Shown one piece after another: positions 35,936 to 39,174 of a DNA stretch of 39,174 nucleotides (the stretch's first letter is position 1; each line of letters begins with the position of its first letter). Made by a program: the position numbers and the translations under genes. The DNA is from a virus (lineage: Duplodnaviria; Caudoviricetes): positions 1 through 39,174 of the IMG/VR virus record IMGVR_UViG_3300010052_000201. One strand, given 5' to 3'. The notes under the pieces are model-generated. The model did no database searches, was not told where the DNA came from, and worked only from the letters and a program-made list of their open reading frames with translations.

Positions 35936-36364
35936 ATGATCTACCTAAAAACCGATGACGGCATAAGCGGTCCAATCCCGCTGGATCGATGGACGCAACT
36001 TGAATTCGGCGGCAAACTGCCGCGTAACGCCCAGCGCGCGGACTCGAAAGACGGGCCTTGGACTCCGGTGTATCACGGACCAACGGCCGAAGAGATCGAA
36101 GCCGAGCTAGCCGCAAAGGCCGAGCGCGAGCGATACGCTAGGGAAATGGATCAGGCTATTGCCGACAACCGTTCTAGGAACGCAAGGCAGACCGCCGGCA
36201 ATGCCGTAGGCCTCTCGCTGGCTGTTGTCGTATTCGCGATGACGGGAATTGCATCGGCTTTTGTGATAGGTCCATTTGCCGTCATCCCGGCTGCTATCCT
36301 TGGGTTTGTTGCCTACTCCTTTGCTTTTCGCGCAACGGCTGCCGAACACAAAGACGCCAATTAA
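35936..36364 (+). CDS. GYF_2 (DUF4339)-like domain membrane protein
   Basis: 'YLKTDDGISGPIPLD...GKL...GPWTPV' plus two C-terminal TMs. Confidence 0.55.
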   Translation: MIYLKTDDGISGPIPLDRWTQLEFGGKLPRNAQRADSKDGPWTPVYHGPTAEEIEAELAAKAERERYAREMDQAIADNRSRNARQTAGNAVGLSLAVVVFAMTGIASAFVIGPFAVIPAAILGFVAYSFAFRATAAEHKDAN

Positions 36365-36548
36365 CCGCCGCCGAGATCCGCGCCCGCGCCGAGGCCGAAC
36401 GCAAGGCCAGGGACGGGAAGTGAACCGGGGCCGCGGCCGAGCGGATTGGGGAGTTTTTTTGAGCGTGTTTCACTCCCGGGATTCTGTTAAAATGTTTGTC
36501 ACTTGAGCCGCTATTTCGGCGGCTGTTTTCATGCGCAGGAGCAGATCA

Positions 36549-37379
36549 ATGTCAACCGACCTTTCCCTCTTTCACTTCGATGATGGCCGGCAAAGCTTTG
36601 AGGATATGGGTAAGCCAAATGGCGTGACACGTTGGCACGAAAGCGTTCTGCGCGAGGCGTTGGGCTACCAGTCTGATGATGGCTTTAGTAAAGCGATCAA
36701 TCGCGCAATGCAAGCCTGTCTATCGATCAGCGTCGCGTGTGAAGACCACTTCCACCGCCAGTCTGATGGAACATATTTATTTACAAGGTTCGCTTGCTAT
36801 TTAATAGCGATGAACGCGAGCCCAAAGAAGCCGCAAGTCGCTGCAGCCCAAGCCTACTTTGCGGCAATTGCCGAGACTTTCCAGAGCCACTTAGAGCACT
36901 CAAACGCCATAGATCGCGTGCTAATTCGCGATAAAATCACGGACGGACAGCGCACGCTATCCGGGGTTGCGAAGGCGCATGGCGTTACGTGCTATGCGTT
37001 CTTTCTGGATCAAGGTTATCGAGGCATGTACAACATGAGCCTCAAAGAATTAACAAGATATAAGGGTGTTAAAAAGAATGAGCAATTAATTGACCGAATG
37101 GACAAAACCGAATTAGCAGCCCACCTTTTTCGAATCACGCAAACCGAAGCGAAGATTAAAAACGAAGGACTTCAAGGCCAAGTGAGTCTCGAGAAAGCCG
37201 CGCGATCTGTTGGAGCGAAAGTAAGAAGCACTGTCATTGAGATAAGCGGCAAAGCGCCAGAGAACCTGCCAATTGCCGAGAACATCAAAGACGTAAAGAA
37301 GAAACTTAAGGGAACGACCAAAACCATGAAGGCGATTGACGATAAAAAGAGGAAGCTACCAAAGCCGAAAGACAGCTAA
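36549..37379 (+). CDS. dinD: DinD-like (BRO-N related) protein
   Basis: 'FED...W....L...LGY...F.KAI.RA', 'TRFACYLIAMNASPKKPQVAAAQAYFA', 'GYRGMY', 'ELAAHLFRITQTEAKI'. Confidence 0.85.
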   Translation: MSTDLSLFHFDDGRQSFEDMGKPNGVTRWHESVLREALGYQSDDGFSKAINRAMQACLSISVACEDHFHRQSDGTYLFTRFACYLIAMNASPKKPQVAAAQAYFAAIAETFQSHLEHSNAIDRVLIRDKITDGQRTLSGVAKAHGVTCYAFFLDQGYRGMYNMSLKELTRYKGVKKNEQLIDRMDKTELAAHLFRITQTEAKIKNEGLQGQVSLEKAARSVGAKVRSTVIEISGKAPENLPIAENIKDVKKKLKGTTKTMKAIDDKKRKLPKPKDS

Positions 37380-37561
37380 CACCCTTTCCACACCCGCACA
37401 AAAACCCATCAAAATCTATCTCCATATAGCCCCTCACCTTGCAAATAATCAGCACATCTAGTGCTATCAAAAAACTTGCATACGAATTCATTTAGTGTAC
37501 AACAATACACCGATGGATGACTAAAGAACGGACGCGGCGACTTTTCGCGAGGGGTGTAATT

Positions 37562-38017
37562 ATGTTTGTTTCGGGGAGTGTTTTGCATTGTTCTTACCCA
37601 ACCGACAACCGTGTCGGGGCCAAGACTCGACTAGAGCCGCGGCGGATCGTGGTTCGTTCTGAGCGGGACCTGAGGGAGTTGCCGCTCGATCCGGTAACGC
37701 TGCGACTGCGACCAAAAGTGCGGCGCGGTCAATTGCTGATCGTTGGTTACGATCTCGACCGGCGCCGGACCCGCAAGTTCTATTTTGACTCGATGCGCTC
37801 GCTGCGGGTATCTGATCGGCCTTTGATGCGTCTCGGCATTTACAGCGCGTTTGGCGAAGACGAGCCGCGTTTGTTTGGCGGGCCGTTGACTGATTGCCGG
37901 GCAGATCAAGAGCACGCGCGGCGGGTGATCGAGGCCCTGAACCGCTGGCTATACGAGCAAGGGACCGGGAAGTGTGCCGGGCTGTTTCCTCTTGTGGCGA
38001 AAGCGAGGGCCGCGTGA
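37562..38017 (+). CDS. WYL-like domain protein (alt. start 37517)
   Basis: 'LIVGYDLDRRRTRKFYFDSMRSL' resembles WYL core; stop overlaps integrase GTG. Confidence 0.5.
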   Translation: MFVSGSVLHCSYPTDNRVGAKTRLEPRRIVVRSERDLRELPLDPVTLRLRPKVRRGQLLIVGYDLDRRRTRKFYFDSMRSLRVSDRPLMRLGIYSAFGEDEPRLFGGPLTDCRADQEHARRVIEALNRWLYEQGTGKCAGLFPLVAKARAA

Positions 38018-39174
38018 ACATCAAGGTCTATGTTCTGCGGCGCAAGGATCGCGCGGACTATCAACTTGCGTACAAGGATCCGGCCACAAGACGCCGGCAC
38101 ACGCGAAGCGCAAAGACTTCGAATCTCAAAGATGCCCGCGAGGCTGCAATCCGCTGGCAGATCGAACTAGAGCAGGGCGGGGCGGTTGCAGATCGAACAA
38201 CGTGGGAAGTCTTTCGGCATCGTTTCAGTGACGAGCATTTGATTACGCTCGCGCCAAAGACTCGAAAGGCATACAAAACGGCATTGAATCACTTCGAGCG
38301 ACTGATCGGCAAACCGGTCAATATGAACCTTGTCGATGCCGGCATGCTGAGCAAGTTCAAGGCGAAGCTGTTGGGCGAGGCAATTGTTACGACCACGGTT
38401 CGCAGCTATCTCAATTTTGTGATCTGCGCGCTCTCTTGGGCCAAGTCGGTCAACATCATGAAGGTTGCGCCAAAGATCAAGCTGCCGAAGCTGCAGCAAG
38501 ACGAAAAGGCCATGAGCGGCCGGCCCATCACCGACAAGGAATTCGAGCACCTGATCGCCACGGTAAAGAGTGTGCGGCCAAACGATCGAGCGAAGTACGA
38601 GCGGTTTATCCGCGGCTTGCGGCTCTCGGGACTGCGGATCGAAGAGGCCGAAAAGCTTGACTGGGAAAAGGGGCCCGTTCGGCTCGATCTGTACGGGGCC
38701 AGGCACCCCCGCATATTGCTGGGAGTCGAGGGCCACAAGGGACGGCGTAACGAGATACTGCCCATCACGCCAGACTTTGCGGAATTCATCGCTCAAACGC
38801 CTGAGAGCGAGCGTAAGGGCCGGGTGTTCAAGGTGAGCTCTAAAGCTCGCCGGATCGTGTCGGCAATCGGCAGAGCCTCAGGGATCATCATTAATGAGGC
38901 CGACGGCACTTACGTCTCGGCGAAGTATCTGCGCAAGACGTTTGCAACCTACTGGTCGTACCGAGTGCGGCCGATCATTCTCCAAAGACTCATGAGGCAC
39001 AAGGATATAAAAACAACGCTCAAGTTCTATGTTGCGCAAGAGGCCGACGACATTGGCGACGAATTGCAGCGGGCATACAATGTCCACCACTTTGTCCACC
39101 AAACCGAGTCAAAAAAAGAGGGTGCCCAAAAAACAGATAGCGAAAAGCCCGGGGAAAAGTACGCATCCGGGTAG
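38014..39174 (+). CDS. int: Tyrosine integrase
   Basis: N-terminal arm-binding region; 'SGLRIEEA', 'HKGRR', 'KYLRKTFAT', 'LMRHKDIKTTLKFY'. Confidence 0.92.
   Translation: MNIKVYVLRRKDRADYQLAYKDPATRRRHTRSAKTSNLKDAREAAIRWQIELEQGGAVADRTTWEVFRHRFSDEHLITLAPKTRKAYKTALNHFERLIGKPVNMNLVDAGMLSKFKAKLLGEAIVTTTVRSYLNFVICALSWAKSVNIMKVAPKIKLPKLQQDEKAMSGRPITDKEFEHLIATVKSVRPNDRAKYERFIRGLRLSGLRIEEAEKLDWEKGPVRLDLYGARHPRILLGVEGHKGRRNEILPITPDFAEFIAQTPESERKGRVFKVSSKARRIVSAIGRASGIIINEADGTYVSAKYLRKTFATYWSYRVRPIILQRLMRHKDIKTTLKFYVAQEADDIGDELQRAYNVHHFVHQTESKKEGAQKTDSEKPGEKYASG
39081..39100. repeat. Direct repeat TGTCCACC x2 (12-bp spacing), possible integrase arm-type sites
   Basis: tgtccaccactttgtccacc near 3' end of int. 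Confidence 0.35.

Larger units (their letters stand above)
1..39174. mobile_element. Temperate HK97-like siphovirus prophage (left boundary probably outside window)
   Basis: Integrase, divergent switch, recombination, replication, terminase, portal, protease, capsid, neck and tail genes in canonical lambdoid order. Confidence 0.95.

Noticed and set aside
37894-38013. Upstream integrase start in ORF track
   Set aside because: Overlaps the WYL-like gene; GTG at 38014 coupled to the upstream stop fits better
39100-39174. attR core / tRNA target
   Set aside because: Window ends at the int stop; no tRNA or matching repeat visible

Overview
A temperate HK97-like long-tailed phage (prophage), apparently near-complete. 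The window runs from the stop codon of a tail-tip/LamG protein (1-3) to the stop codon of a tyrosine integrase (39172-39174). No att sites or host genes are identifiable. Almost everything from ~34.9 kb down to 1 is one leftward (minus-strand) lytic arm. Early genes: Xis-like, HNH, CsrA, YqaJ/RecT, SMC-like ATPase, Dam-like MTase. Replication: initiator with internal iteron origin, RusA. Then a putative late activator, a secreted Cys-protease/thioredoxin pair at the usual lysis position, a metallophosphoesterase/DUF3310 cluster, HNH-cos-TerS-TerL, portal, protease, capsid, neck, tail tube, G/GT frameshift chaperones, a short tape measure and tail-tip genes. The rightward arm (35.06-39.17 kb) holds the lysogeny genes. 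Main unusual points: (1) the cI/cro positions hold two divergent, paralogous small zinc-finger proteins with no HTH or S24 peptidase, flanking twin palindromic operators that overlap a TTGACA promoter; (2) no holin/endolysin is recognisable, and a secreted papain-like protease plus membrane-anchored thioredoxin sit there instead; (3) a repeated TTGC-N8-GGCGCATTTTT element precedes late genes; (4) a stand-alone Prim-Pol domain gene lies inside the tail module. The host may be a Planctomycete (inference). Family assignments are from motif recognition by eye, not database searches.
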